This document shows positions 25,727 to 35,672 of a stretch of DNA of 64,000 bases, one piece after another. The notes below the pieces were generated by a model that searched no databases, had not been told where the DNA came from, and was given only the letters and a program-made list of their open reading frames with translations. The position numbers and the translations under genes are program-made. The stretch lies in contig CAWJCS010000002.1 of NCBI GenBank assembly GCA_963841435.1, positions 1,024,001-1,088,000 on the forward strand, written 5' to 3'. How positions within the stretch are numbered: the stretch's first letter is position 1; the number at the start of each line of letters is the position of its first letter. This DNA is from an uncultured delta proteobacterium (GTDB lineage Bacteria; Myxococcota_A; Polyangia; Polyangiales; Polyangiaceae).

Positions 25727-27324
25727 CGGCCGGCCCCTCGCCGCGCACCGGGACGAAGCTCAGCACGTTGGCAAAGGCAAACGTGAAGCCTCCCGCGCTC
25801 GTATCCGCGCGAAAGCCGAGGTTCGCCGTGAGATCGACCGGGATGCGCGCGGCGCCGGAATAGCCCGTCGGCGGTCTGGAGACGGTGCGGTCGTCCGCGA
25901 GCCCGTAGATGCCGAAGGCGCCGAAGAAGTCGATGCCGTAGATCGAGCGGCGCCCGCGGTAGAGCGGAACGCGATATTCGCCCTCGAGCTTGAGCGCGTA
26001 CGTGCCGTAGCGCTCCTCGACGATCTCGGTGCCCAGGAAGTTCGGCGGCGGCCGCCGGTCGAAGTTCATGCCGAGCAGGCGGTCGGGCAGGAAATCCGTC
26101 AGATCACCGACGTAGAACTGCTCGAAGAACGGCGCGTTGCCCGCGATGGCGCCGCCGTACGCCTCGAGCTCGACGACGTGACGTCCCCACGGCAGGGGCC
26201 ACCAGTGCGACGCCCTGAGCTCGATCTTCTGGAAGTCGTAGTCGAGCGCCGTGGGCAATACGGAGAACTCGCCGTCGAGCACGATGAGCCAGCCACGCGT
26301 CGGCAGAAACGGGTGGTCGCGTGTGTCGTGCTGCAAGCTGCCGCGCACGGTGGCGAGGAAGCTCTGCCCGCGGATGATGTCGAAGTTGATCGGTTCGCGA
26401 TCGAAGCCGCGCAGGTGCGACGCCTCGAGCGGGTAGCGTGCATCGATGGTCTCGAGGCGCAGGTGCAGCCAGCCCTGCGTCGAGACCGAGAGGTCGCGCC
26501 CGAGGCCGAGCGAGCCGCCGAAGCGTTTGTAGGCGACGACGGCGTAATCCGAGAGCGGCAGCGTGCTGCCCGGATCGGCGGGCCTTACCACGGAGTTGCC
26601 GAAATAATCGTGGGCGTCGTTGTAGAGCAGCGTGCCGGCGACCATCCACGACGTGCCGAAGAACGTCGGGTCGAGGAAGCGCGCCCGGAGCGCGAGCTGG
26701 TTCTGCGCTCCGGCAACCGCGCCGCCGAGCGTGATGCCCGTGCCTGCGAGGTTCGTCTCCGCGGCGCTGATGCCGGCGTAGGCCGTGAGGGGCCGGGCCT
26801 TGCCGTTCACGTCGGCGTCGGCGGTCAGTCCCATCGCCACCTCGTTGAGCACGATGGTGTTGCGCTCGACGACCTCGACGACGAGCACGACGCGCCCGCG
26901 CGAGGACCCCTTCTCGAGCGAGAGCTCGAACGTCGCGGAAGAACCCCGTGCCGAGCAGGCGGTAGCGGGCCAGCACGAAGGCCGAATCGTTGACGTCGAT
27001 CAGGTCGCCGCGCCGGAACGGGACGTAGCGAAGCACGACGCGAGCGGCCGTGCGCGTGTTGCCGCGCACGACGACGTCCTCGAGTGTGTAGCGGACGGGC
27101 GCGAAGTCGTCCCTCGCGCTCTCCCCGGGCGGAGGCGTCGCCGCACGGGGCCGCGGGGGTGTCGGCACGCCTTTTGGCGTGGCGGGCCCGGGCTCGCCCG
27201 TGCCCCACGTGTCGAGCGGCGCTGTCGCCTGCGGGGTCTCGGCGAGCGCCGTGCTCGAGAGCAGGAAGAAGAGCAGATGGAGCGGCCGTGCTCGCACGCT
27301 CGACGGCCGGTGCCCCACTCCCAT
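25719..27324 (-). pseudogene. BamA/TamA (Omp85) family protein, single POTRA plus barrel, with a 1-nt insertion frameshift near 26929 (possibly a sequencing error)
   Basis: One frame carries the POTRA (VRGNTRT..RVVLRY...RLLGTGFFRDV). Another frame continues ELSLEKGSSRGRVVLVVEVVER through HDTRDHPFLPTRG and PFFEQFYVG. Confidence 0.8.
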
Positions 27325-27327
27325 TCG

Positions 27328-28881
27328 CTACCCGTGCACCCTGAGGCCGGGTGGGACGCGCTCGAAGGCGTCCGCGAGCGTGACGAGGCGCTCCGCGAGA
27401 GGCCCGGTGAATGCGCCGCGTGGAGCTCGGAAGCGCCAGTTGCCGGTCGCCGTCCCCGGCACGTTCATACGCGCTTCGCTGCCGAGACCGAGGACGTCCT
27501 GCAGAGGGACGATCGTCGTGTTGGCCGGCGAGGCGAGCAGTGTGCGGAACAAATCCCAGTGCGGGGAGTCGCCGCTGCCGCCGGCGTAAATCAGGGCGCG
27601 GTCACGTTCGGCGCGTAGCACCTGAGCTCGCAAGGGATCGGGCTCACGCTCCGCGGACGACAGCCAGCCGACGAGTGTGTCGTTGTCGTGCGTACCGGTG
27701 TAGGCCACCACGCGTCGAGGATAGCGGTGCGGCTGGTAGTCGCGGAAGTTCTCGGCGAAGGCGAAGGCAAGAATCCGCATTCCGGGCAGATCGAACTGCT
27801 CCCTGAGGCGCACCACGCCCTCGGTGACCACGCCGAGGTCCTCCGCCACGAACGGCAGGCGACCGAGACGCTGCAAAAGCAGCTGGAACAACTCGTGGCC
27901 AGGCCCCTCGACGAAGCAGCCCTCCTTGGCCGATTGCGCATCTTCCGGCACTTCCCAGTAGCGGTGAAAGCCGATGAAATGGTCGAGCCTGACGGCATCG
28001 AAGCGCTCGAGCGTCCGGGCGAGTCGAGCGACCCACCACGCGTACCCCGACTCGCGCATCACGGGCCAGTCGTAGACCGGGTTGCCCCAGAGCTGACCGT
28101 CGGCACTGAAGTAGTCGGGGGGCACGCCGGCGAGGGCGGCGCGCTCGCCGTCCTCGCGCAGCCGGAACAGCTTCTGGTGGGTCCACACGTCGACGGAGTC
28201 GTGGGCGACGAACATCGGCACGTCGCCGAGCAGTCGCACGCCGAGCGCCGCGGCATGCCCGCGCAGGTCGGTCCACTGGCGAGCGAACTCGCGCTGGACG
28301 AAGATCTCGAACGCGATTTCGTCCGTCAGCTCCTGCTTGGCGCGCTCGAGCGCCAAGGGCTTGCGATGCACGAGCGCCGAGTCCCAGCGTGTCCACGGTA
28401 CGAGGCCGTGCGCTCGGCGCAGCGCCTGGTAGAGCGCGTAATCCGGCAGCCAATCCGCCTGTTCCTGGCGGAACTCGTCGAGCGCTCTCGCGGCGTCCGG
28501 CCTCGTGCGGTAGCGCGCGAACGCCTGGCGCAATCGTCGCGCGCGAAAGCGGCCGCTTGCGTTCGGCAACATGGTGCGCGCCGCGCGGAGCCTGCCCGGT
28601 ACGACGAGGTCCTCGGGGTCGAGCAGCCCATCCCGTGCGAGCGTCTCCAGGCTCACGAGCCAGGGGCTGCCGGCGAAGGCGGACGCGCTGTCGTAGGGCG
28701 AGTCGCCGCCACCCGGCGGGGAGACCGGCAGCATTTGCCACCAGCGCTGCCCGGCACGCGCCAAGAATTCCAGAAAACGGTGTGCCGCCGGGCCGAGGTC
28801 TCCGCTCCCGAAGGGGCCGGGCAGGGACGTGACGTGGAGGAGCAGCCCGGTCGAGCGCTCCGCGAAGGCGTCGAGCTCCAT
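27328..28881 (-). CDS. malQ: 4-alpha-glucanotransferase (GH77)
   Basis: GLLLHVTSLP, GVPPDYFSADGQLWGNP, RLDHFIGF, AEDLG, YTGTHDNDT and RMNVPG...GNW. Confidence 0.95.
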   Translation of the reverse strand: MELDAFAERSTGLLLHVTSLPGPFGSGDLGPAAHRFLEFLARAGQRWWQMLPVSPPGGGDSPYDSASAFAGSPWLVSLETLARDGLLDPEDLVVPGRLRAARTMLPNASGRFRARRLRQAFARYRTRPDAARALDEFRQEQADWLPDYALYQALRRAHGLVPWTRWDSALVHRKPLALERAKQELTDEIAFEIFVQREFARQWTDLRGHAAALGVRLLGDVPMFVAHDSVDVWTHQKLFRLREDGERAALAGVPPDYFSADGQLWGNPVYDWPVMRESGYAWWVARLARTLERFDAVRLDHFIGFHRYWEVPEDAQSAKEGCFVEGPGHELFQLLLQRLGRLPFVAEDLGVVTEGVVRLREQFDLPGMRILAFAFAENFRDYQPHRYPRRVVAYTGTHDNDTLVGWLSSAEREPDPLRAQVLRAERDRALIYAGGSGDSPHWDLFRTLLASPANTTIVPLQDVLGLGSEARMNVPGTATGNWRFRAPRGAFTGPLAERLVTLADAFERVPPGLRVHG

Positions 28882-29813
28882 CAGGGCTCTCCTTGAACCT
28901 TCTTTTCTCGCAGGAGCGAGAGCGTGATCGCGGCGGCGAGGACGCCGCCGATCACCGCCAAAGAAAGCGTCAACGTGAGCGTCACCCAGGGTGAGGCCAC
29001 CATCTTGGCACCGATGAAGATCAAGATCAGGGCGAGACCCGTTCCGAGGTAGTGGAATCGGCTCATCATCCCCGACAGCACGAAGTAGAGGGCTCTGAGA
29101 CCCAGAATGGCCATGACGTTCGATGTGTAGATCACGAACACGTCGTTCGAAATCGCGAGCACGGCCGGAACCGAGTCTACCGCGAACAAGAGATCCGTGA
29201 ATTCGACCACGATCAGGACCAGAAACAGCGGTGTCGCGTAACGGACACCGTCCTTTTTCACGAAGAAGCTGTTGCCGTGCATCTCCTTCGTGGTGCGGAG
29301 GTAGCGGCGCGAGAGTCGGAGCGCGAGGTTGCCTTCGGGGTCAACCTCCTCTTCCTTGCGGAAGAGCAGGCGTGCGCCCGTGAACAAGAGGAACGCGCCG
29401 AACACGAAACCCATCCAGTGGAAGCGGTTCAAAAGGGCCGCGCCGAGCACGATGAAGAGGCCCCGCATCACGATCGCCCCCAGGATGCCCCAAACGAGCA
29501 CGCGCTGTTGCTGCACCTCCGTGACGCGGAAATAGGTGAACAGCACGAGGAACACGAACAGGTTGTCGACGGAGAGCGACTCCTCGACGACGTAGGCGAG
29601 CAGGTAGGTGACCGCCGCGTCGAGGCTCTCGCGGGCGTAGACGTAGACGCTGAAGGAAAGCCCCACGAACACGAAGAAGACGCTGCGAATCGACGCCTCG
29701 CGGAAGGACACGTGCGCCTTGGGCCGTCCGAAGACCAGCCGATCGAAGGTCAGGGAGAGCAGCACGATGGCGCCGAACACGGCCCAGTCGATGGGGCTCA
29801 CCTTGCCTGTCAT
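28881..29813 (-). CDS. terC: TerC/Alx family membrane protein
   Basis: EESLSVDNLFVF, QQRVL.WGILGA..MR, TDLLFAVDSVPA and AILGLRALYF. Confidence 0.9.
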   Translation of the reverse strand: MTGKVSPIDWAVFGAIVLLSLTFDRLVFGRPKAHVSFREASIRSVFFVFVGLSFSVYVYARESLDAAVTYLLAYVVEESLSVDNLFVFLVLFTYFRVTEVQQQRVLVWGILGAIVMRGLFIVLGAALLNRFHWMGFVFGAFLLFTGARLLFRKEEEVDPEGNLALRLSRRYLRTTKEMHGNSFFVKKDGVRYATPLFLVLIVVEFTDLLFAVDSVPAVLAISNDVFVIYTSNVMAILGLRALYFVLSGMMSRFHYLGTGLALILIFIGAKMVASPWVTLTLTLSLAVIGGVLAAAITLSLLREKKVQGEP

Positions 29814-29862
29814 CGCACGCCTCGTATCATGGCGTGTTGGCGCGTGCTATACGGCGAGAACC

Positions 29863-30477
29863 GTGAAGCGGGTCATCGTATTCATCGTCCTAACCTGTGC
29901 GGCATGCAAGAAGACGCCGGAGCCTGCCGGGTCCGGCTCACCGCTCTTGCCTTCGCCCGCGCCCGTCTCGAGCGCTGCGACACCTGCGCCGACACCAACC
30001 GCGACCAAGGCCTTGCCCGAGGTCGAAATCACCTGGGTCGATCCTCCGACCTGGAAGCGCGCGAAGAACGCGAGCCCGATGCGCAAGGCCACCTACCTCG
30101 TGCCGCGCGTCGCCGGCGACAGCGAGGACGCCGAGCTCGGCGTGTTCTACTTCGGCCCGGGACAAGGCGGCGGCATCGACGCGAACGTCGAGCGCTGGGT
30201 CAAGCAGTTTACCGACGTGCCGCCCGATCGCGTCAAACGCGAGGATCGCAAGGCGAACGATCTGCTCGCGCACCTGGTCGAGATCGACTCGGGCACCTTC
30301 AATGCGAACGTGATGGCGCAGGGTCCCAAGAAGCTCAAGAAGGACCATGCGCTGCTCGGGGCCATCGTGGAGGCGCCGAGCGGCGCCTACTTCTTCAAGC
30401 TCACGGGCCCGAAGGCGACGGTGAAGGCGGCAAAGAAGCCTTTCCTCGCGCTGCTCGACAGCGTGAAGGCAAGCTAG
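29863..30477 (+). CDS. Lipoprotein, hypothetical
   Basis: Lipobox CAAC, PMRKATY, GGGIDANVERW..QF and FFKLTGP motifs. Confidence 0.75.
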   Translation: MKRVIVFIVLTCAACKKTPEPAGSGSPLLPSPAPVSSAATPAPTPTATKALPEVEITWVDPPTWKRAKNASPMRKATYLVPRVAGDSEDAELGVFYFGPGQGGGIDANVERWVKQFTDVPPDRVKREDRKANDLLAHLVEIDSGTFNANVMAQGPKKLKKDHALLGAIVEAPSGAYFFKLTGPKATVKAAKKPFLALLDSVKAS

Positions 30478-30507
30478 CGTCCAGGTAGGGCCAGCAGGCT
30501 CGGCCCG

Positions 30508-33500
30508 CTAGAGCGGAACGAGCACCGAGCGGACGCCGATCGTGGCGATGGCGACGCCGACGCGCGGCCCGTCGAGCGTGAACGGCAGCCGCCGCGTCGT
30601 GCCGGCGACCGTGATCGTGAGCTCACCGCTCGCTCGTCCACCCGCGCCGCCCCGCACGACCTCGACCACGTACTGTCCTGGCTTTCCGCCCGAAAGCGCG
30701 AGGCCCTCGCTCGACATGCTCGTCACGTCCCGGGCGCTGATGAGCCCCCGCGTCGGCGCGCCCAACCACGAAACGCGCCGGCCGTCGGGATCGATGAGTG
30801 CGAGGTCGACGTCGGCGCCGCCGCTCCAACTCGCCTCGACGCGCAGATCGCCCTTGAGGGCGCGTTCGTCGGGCGCCGGTTGCTCGAGCAGCTTGCTCGC
30901 GGCGTCCGCCGTCTTCGCGTCGGCGTTGCCCATGAGCTCGCCGGCGGCGGCGCCGTCGCCCGTTTCGCGTGCGCAGCGTACGGCCTCGGCGAGCAACCGG
31001 GCGTCGCTCGGGCGCAGCTCGGCGATGGCGATGCTGTGGCGGCAGCCGAGCGCCGGGCGTCCGCGCCAGCGCTCGAGCCGCGCAAGCCGCTTCTGCGCGG
31101 CGACGTCGTCAGGTCGCACGTCGATGACGCTGCCGAGCACCCGGAGAGCGCGCGCGCGGTCGCCACCCGCGGCGAGCGCATCGGCGCGGGCCGTGATCGC
31201 TTCGGGGTCGAGCGGCTCCTTTTCCGACCAGCGCTCGGCGAGCGACAGCGCCCGCTCGGCGCCACCGCCCTGGAGCGTCAGAATGAACAGCCGCTTGAGC
31301 GCCTCGCGCCGGTTCGGGTCGCGGTCGAGCGCTTGCTCGGCTTCTGCGATGGCGCTCGGGCTGGCCGCCTTGGGTGTGCTCGCGTTCGCGTCGACGGTGC
31401 CGAAGCGACGCCAGACCTTGCGCATCGGCACGAGGCGGCGCCGTGGCGGCGGTGGATCGTCGGGCACGAGCAGCGCGTCGCGATCGACGGGCCTTGCTTC
31501 CTTCTTGTCAGCGGCCTTCTCCGCGGCCGGTGCGGGTGCGGGTCCCGCCGTGGCAGCCGCCCTCGGGGCCGACGCGGGCGCGGACCGGAGGGGCTCCGCG
31601 GCGCGGCCGCTGCTCGCCTTGCTCGCGGCACCGCTCGGACCGAAGCTGCCGACACCGCTGGCGCCGAGCGAGGCGAGCCCAGACGAAGCCTCGGAGGCGT
31701 CGTCGTCGGCGCCCACGTCCAAAAGCCCGTCGGCGCTCCCTTCCTCGGCTTCTTCCTCGCCCGTGAACCTGGCTGCGGGTCCTGCGTTATCGAGCCCGAA
31801 GGCGCGGAACATCGCCTCGCTCTCGAGCACGAGCAACGACGTGTAGCGGCTTGCCACGGCGAAGCGGCTCGATAGCGCGACCGCTTCCTTCTTCGCGGCG
31901 TCGCTGCCGTCGCGCTCGAGGTCGGCGATGCGCGCGGCGGCGTAGAGCCGCGGCACGAAGGCGTTGCCGCGCGCGTCACTCGCGGAAAGCTCGAGCGGAT
32001 AGCGCTGCTCGAAAGGCTGCCCGGCCACCTTGCCGCGCAAGACGACGTCGCCTCGGAGCTCGAGATTGTTCATGCGTGCGACGACGAAGGCCTCGCCGCC
32101 CGCGGGAATCGCCCCGGGGAGCGCGGGTGCCACGCGGCCGAGCCCCTCGGGCAGCGTGATGCTCACGTCGGTGAGGGCGTTGCCGTAGAGCTGACCGAGC
32201 ACGGCGTAGGCGGCTTGCGCGAGGCTCTGGCCGGGCGCGTACGGCAGCATCACGCCCCCGCCCCCGCGTGACAGCGCCTCGAGGATCGCGCGGTCGGACT
32301 CGGCGCCGATCGCCACCGCCGTCACGGTCGCGTCCCCCGAACCGACGCGGCGCCTGACGGCGCGCTCGACGCTGCCGGGGCGCACCTCGCCCACGGTCGG
32401 CGCGCCGTCCCCGAGGTACACGACGCGCCGCTCGCCGCCCGCGCGACCGCCGAGCGCGCGCAGCCCTTCGCGGATCGATTCGACCAGGTCCGAGCCGTCT
32501 TCGGGAGTGGTGGCGCCCAGGAACTTGCGCACGGCGCTCGCCGCGTCGGCACCCGGTGCGAGCGGCGCGCCCGGCAACGTGCGGCATTCGGTCCCGCACG
32601 CGAGCACCGTGATGCGGTCGTCCGGATCGAGCTCGCGCGCGACCCGCACCGCCAGATCCGTGGCGCGCCGGAAGCCCTCGCCCAGCATCGAGCGACTGCT
32701 GTCCACGACGAGCGCCACTTCTCGCGTTCCGCCGCGTTCGGCGTGCGGCAGCTTGGGCCGGAGCGCCAGGGCGACGTACGGCGAACAATCCGTCACGTCC
32801 GCGGGCGCCGTCGCCGCGCCCGAACCGCCAGTGCGTTTCGCGGGGGCCGGGCTCGAGTCGAGATAGCTCCAGGCGGTGAGCTCGCTCTGCCGGTTGGGAA
32901 GCGCGTACTCGAGCGTGAGGTCCCCGCTCGGCGCGAAGCGCTCGGCCGAAAACGCGAGCTTGCTCGTGCCGTCGGCGGCGCTCGGGTCGAGCGTGTAGCC
33001 GCTCGGGCGCACGCCGAAGGCGGCGTCGTTGCCGCGCACCTCGACGTTCACGTCGAAGCGATCGATGCGTGTCGACTCGCTCGGATCGTAGGGTAGGGGA
33101 TAGGTGTAGCGGCGCGTTCCACCCACGGGTTTGACCACCTCGGTGTACGCGAGGATCACGCGTCGCTTGCCGTGTTTCGGGATCGGGAAGATGCGAAGCT
33201 CGAAGCGGCCACCACGCTGCCACTCGAGCAGTGCCGGATCGCGCCAGGGCCCGGGAACCCACACGATCTCCTCGACGGGCCGCCGCTGCTTCGGCGCTGC
33301 GTTCACGATCGCCCCTCGCCAGATCGCCGCGGCGCGGTCGCGGTCCACGAATGCGCCCTCCTCCCATTTGCCGTCAACCTCGAGCGCCAGTCGCTCGATC
33401 TGCGCGTCGGGAGGGATGGGGAAGCGGTAGATGCCCTCGAGCACCTCGTCGGTCTGGTTCGCAAATTCCTCCTCGACCTCCGTGCGCGCCATGACGCCCG

Positions 33501-34716
33501 CGATGCGCACACGCACGCTGTGCGAGGCGAGCGTCACCGCACCGGCGCGTTCGCCGTCCTGGCCGGGCTTCTTCGCGCGCAGCTCGCCGAGGCCCCGCTC
33601 TGGCACGTCGCGCTCCGCTTCGCCGAAGGTCTCGTCACGCCAGGCGAGGGTCTCACCGAGCGTTCCCGTGTAGGCGACGCTCGGCGGTTTGCCCTCCTCG
33701 AGCCGCCCCGTTTCGCCCTCGACGACCGTCACGCCGTCGTGCTCGGCGTTCGCGAGCGTCACGCTACCGCGCAGGACCTCGACGCTCGCGCGCGGACCCG
33801 AGGCGCGCAGCGAGAACTTCGTACCGTGCACGGTCACGCTGCCCTTGGGGAGCTCGAAGCGTGCCTCGTCGGCCTGGTGCGCGACGTCCGCCACGAGCGC
33901 GCCGCGAACCAGCGACGCATGTCGCACGCCCGTCGTCAGCAGCGCGAGCTCGGTATCGCGATCGAGCGACACGACGCTGCCGTCGTCGAGCACGAGCTCG
34001 GCCCGCGTGCGCCCGTCCGTGCGAACACGCGCCGAGGCGGGCAGCGCCGCGCCTTTCACGAGCGATCGGCAGCTCTTGCCGGCCTCGTCGCAGCTCTCGA
34101 GGCCGCGACCGCCCGCGGCGGCGACGACGTTCGCGACCTTGCCCGCCCAGCTGGAGCTCTTCGGCGCACTCGTCGGCGGCTGGGTGGCGTTGCGTGCCAG
34201 CATGGCGAGACCGGCTGCAAGCGCGACCACGGCGCCGCGAGCGAGCCAGGCTCGCCGCGGGTCGCCCTTCTTCGCCTCCTCGGGGGCCCGCGCCCCGGGC
34301 TCCCGTCGCGGCTCGGGCTCTCGCTGCCGCTCCGGGTCGGGCTGCGGCTCCGTCGCGGCTTCGGGCTCCCCCGCGGGCTCTTTTGCCAAAGCGGCGGGCG
34401 GGGCTGCCGTCGGCGTCGGCACGGCATCCGCCGCCCGCTTCGACTGCACGAAAGCTGGCTTTCCCTCCACGGCTGCGTCGGCGGCCCGCGGACTCGAGAG
34501 AGCGCGCTCGACGCGCTCGCTCAGATCGGGCGGCACGACGTAGTCGAGCGCGGCGTCGCGCGCGATGCGCCTCGACCGCTCGGCGTCGTGCCTCGCGTCG
34601 CGACAGGCGTCACAACTCGCAACGTGCTCGAGCAGCCGCTCTTCGGCCGTCCCGTCGAGGATCTCGGCCAGGCGCTCCGCGACCTCGTTGCACTCCTTCG
34701 ATTTCGTCTCTTGCAT
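30508..34716 (-). CDS. Anti-sigma-like giant: zf-HC2 - TM - FecR - VIT - vWA - TPR - YfaP-like domain
   Basis: HVASCDAC zinc motif. FecR-like pattern (VRTDGRTRAEL.L.DGS...LD.DTEL, VHGTKF). VIT pattern (ARTEVEEEF.N....LEGIYRFPIP). MIDAS DSSRS and YLGDG. C-terminal DLRVEASW..ADVDL..IDPDG. Confidence 0.8.
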   Translation of the reverse strand: MQETKSKECNEVAERLAEILDGTAEERLLEHVASCDACRDARHDAERSRRIARDAALDYVVPPDLSERVERALSSPRAADAAVEGKPAFVQSKRAADAVPTPTAAPPAALAKEPAGEPEAATEPQPDPERQREPEPRREPGARAPEEAKKGDPRRAWLARGAVVALAAGLAMLARNATQPPTSAPKSSSWAGKVANVVAAAGGRGLESCDEAGKSCRSLVKGAALPASARVRTDGRTRAELVLDDGSVVSLDRDTELALLTTGVRHASLVRGALVADVAHQADEARFELPKGSVTVHGTKFSLRASGPRASVEVLRGSVTLANAEHDGVTVVEGETGRLEEGKPPSVAYTGTLGETLAWRDETFGEAERDVPERGLGELRAKKPGQDGERAGAVTLASHSVRVRIAGVMARTEVEEEFANQTDEVLEGIYRFPIPPDAQIERLALEVDGKWEEGAFVDRDRAAAIWRGAIVNAAPKQRRPVEEIVWVPGPWRDPALLEWQRGGRFELRIFPIPKHGKRRVILAYTEVVKPVGGTRRYTYPLPYDPSESTRIDRFDVNVEVRGNDAAFGVRPSGYTLDPSAADGTSKLAFSAERFAPSGDLTLEYALPNRQSELTAWSYLDSSPAPAKRTGGSGAATAPADVTDCSPYVALALRPKLPHAERGGTREVALVVDSSRSMLGEGFRRATDLAVRVARELDPDDRITVLACGTECRTLPGAPLAPGADAASAVRKFLGATTPEDGSDLVESIREGLRALGGRAGGERRVVYLGDGAPTVGEVRPGSVERAVRRRVGSGDATVTAVAIGAESDRAILEALSRGGGGVMLPYAPGQSLAQAAYAVLGQLYGNALTDVSITLPEGLGRVAPALPGAIPAGGEAFVVARMNNLELRGDVVLRGKVAGQPFEQRYPLELSASDARGNAFVPRLYAAARIADLERDGSDAAKKEAVALSSRFAVASRYTSLLVLESEAMFRAFGLDNAGPAARFTGEEEAEEGSADGLLDVGADDDASEASSGLASLGASGVGSFGPSGAASKASSGRAAEPLRSAPASAPRAAATAGPAPAPAAEKAADKKEARPVDRDALLVPDDPPPPRRRLVPMRKVWRRFGTVDANASTPKAASPSAIAEAEQALDRDPNRREALKRLFILTLQGGGAERALSLAERWSEKEPLDPEAITARADALAAGGDRARALRVLGSVIDVRPDDVAAQKRLARLERWRGRPALGCRHSIAIAELRPSDARLLAEAVRCARETGDGAAAGELMGNADAKTADAASKLLEQPAPDERALKGDLRVEASWSGGADVDLALIDPDGRRVSWLGAPTRGLISARDVTSMSSEGLALSGGKPGQYVVEVVRGGAGGRASGELTITVAGTTRRLPFTLDGPRVGVAIATIGVRSVLVPL

Positions 34717-34722
34717 GGCCGC

Positions 34723-35325
34723 TCACTCCTCGGAAAGCTCGCGCAAGCGTGCGAGCGCTCGCGAGACGCGCTTGCGCGCGGTGGCTTCGTCGATACCGCA
34801 CGCCTCGCCCACCTCGCGGAAGCTCAACTCGCCGACGTAGCGCAGGACCAGCGCCTCACGCTCGCTCGGTCGCACCTCGGCGAGCAGGGCTCGCGCCATC
34901 TCTGCGCGGCGCCGTGCCTCGAGGAGCTCGACGGCGTCCGGCGGTGGCTCCAGGAGCTCGGCGACGGGTCTCTGAGCGCTCTGACGCTCGAGTGCCCGGG
35001 CGCAGCGGCGGCGCGCGATGCCGAAAAGCCAGGCTCTGAGCGAACCCTCGCCGCGGAAGTCCGCGAGGCCGCGGTGGGCGGCGAGCAGCGTGTCCTGCAC
35101 GGCGTCGTCCGCCGCGGCCTGGGACCCGAGCAGCGCCATGCACAAACGTCCGACCGAGGCCACGTGCTGCCGCGCGCAGAGCGAAAGCGCTCCGTTGTGA
35201 TCGCCGGAGCGAAGCGCCGCGAGCACGTCCTCGTCCGTGCCGCTTTCTGCCGTGGTCGCACGGGCGTCCGCGGCGGCCGCGGAAAAGGCGTGGGCGAATG
35301 CATCCACCTTGGACTCAGAGCTCAT
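34723..35325 (-). CDS. ECF RNA polymerase sigma factor
   Basis: ADDAVQDT, FRGEGSLRAWLFGIARR and REALVLRY..ELSFREVG......T.R.RVSRA. GGAGG Shine-Dalgarno. Confidence 0.9.
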   Translation of the reverse strand: MSSESKVDAFAHAFSAAAADARATTAESGTDEDVLAALRSGDHNGALSLCARQHVASVGRLCMALLGSQAAADDAVQDTLLAAHRGLADFRGEGSLRAWLFGIARRRCARALERQSAQRPVAELLEPPPDAVELLEARRRAEMARALLAEVRPSEREALVLRYVGELSFREVGEACGIDEATARKRVSRALARLRELSEE

Positions 35326-35672
35326 GTGCCTCCTCGCAGGATATTCGTGACCGATGCTCGCACTTTTCTCGCCTCGAGTCGGGCGATCTCGGAAGAACGG
35401 ATCGCGATCGGTGCGCAGCGCAAAGACGCCGGCGAACCCGGCGCCGGTTGGCTGCGACGGGCTATGGCCGCCCGATGCTCCGGCCTCGCCGGCACTCCTC
35501 CGCGGCGAGTCGCTGCTCGCGCCGGTCGAGATCTTGCCCTCCAAGACTGCCTGAGTCGAGTCTCGCGCACACCGGTAAAACGCGCGACGCGCCGCGTGCT
35601 TACGGTCGCACCCTCTCGCACCCTAGAATACCCTGACGCCCTGGGAGACCTTCAGGGTAACCTGGCCGTAAA

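Noticed and set aside
29814-29862. yybP-ykoY (Mn2+) riboswitch upstream of terC
   Set aside because: Only 49 bp separate terC from the divergent lipoprotein gene, too short for the aptamer.
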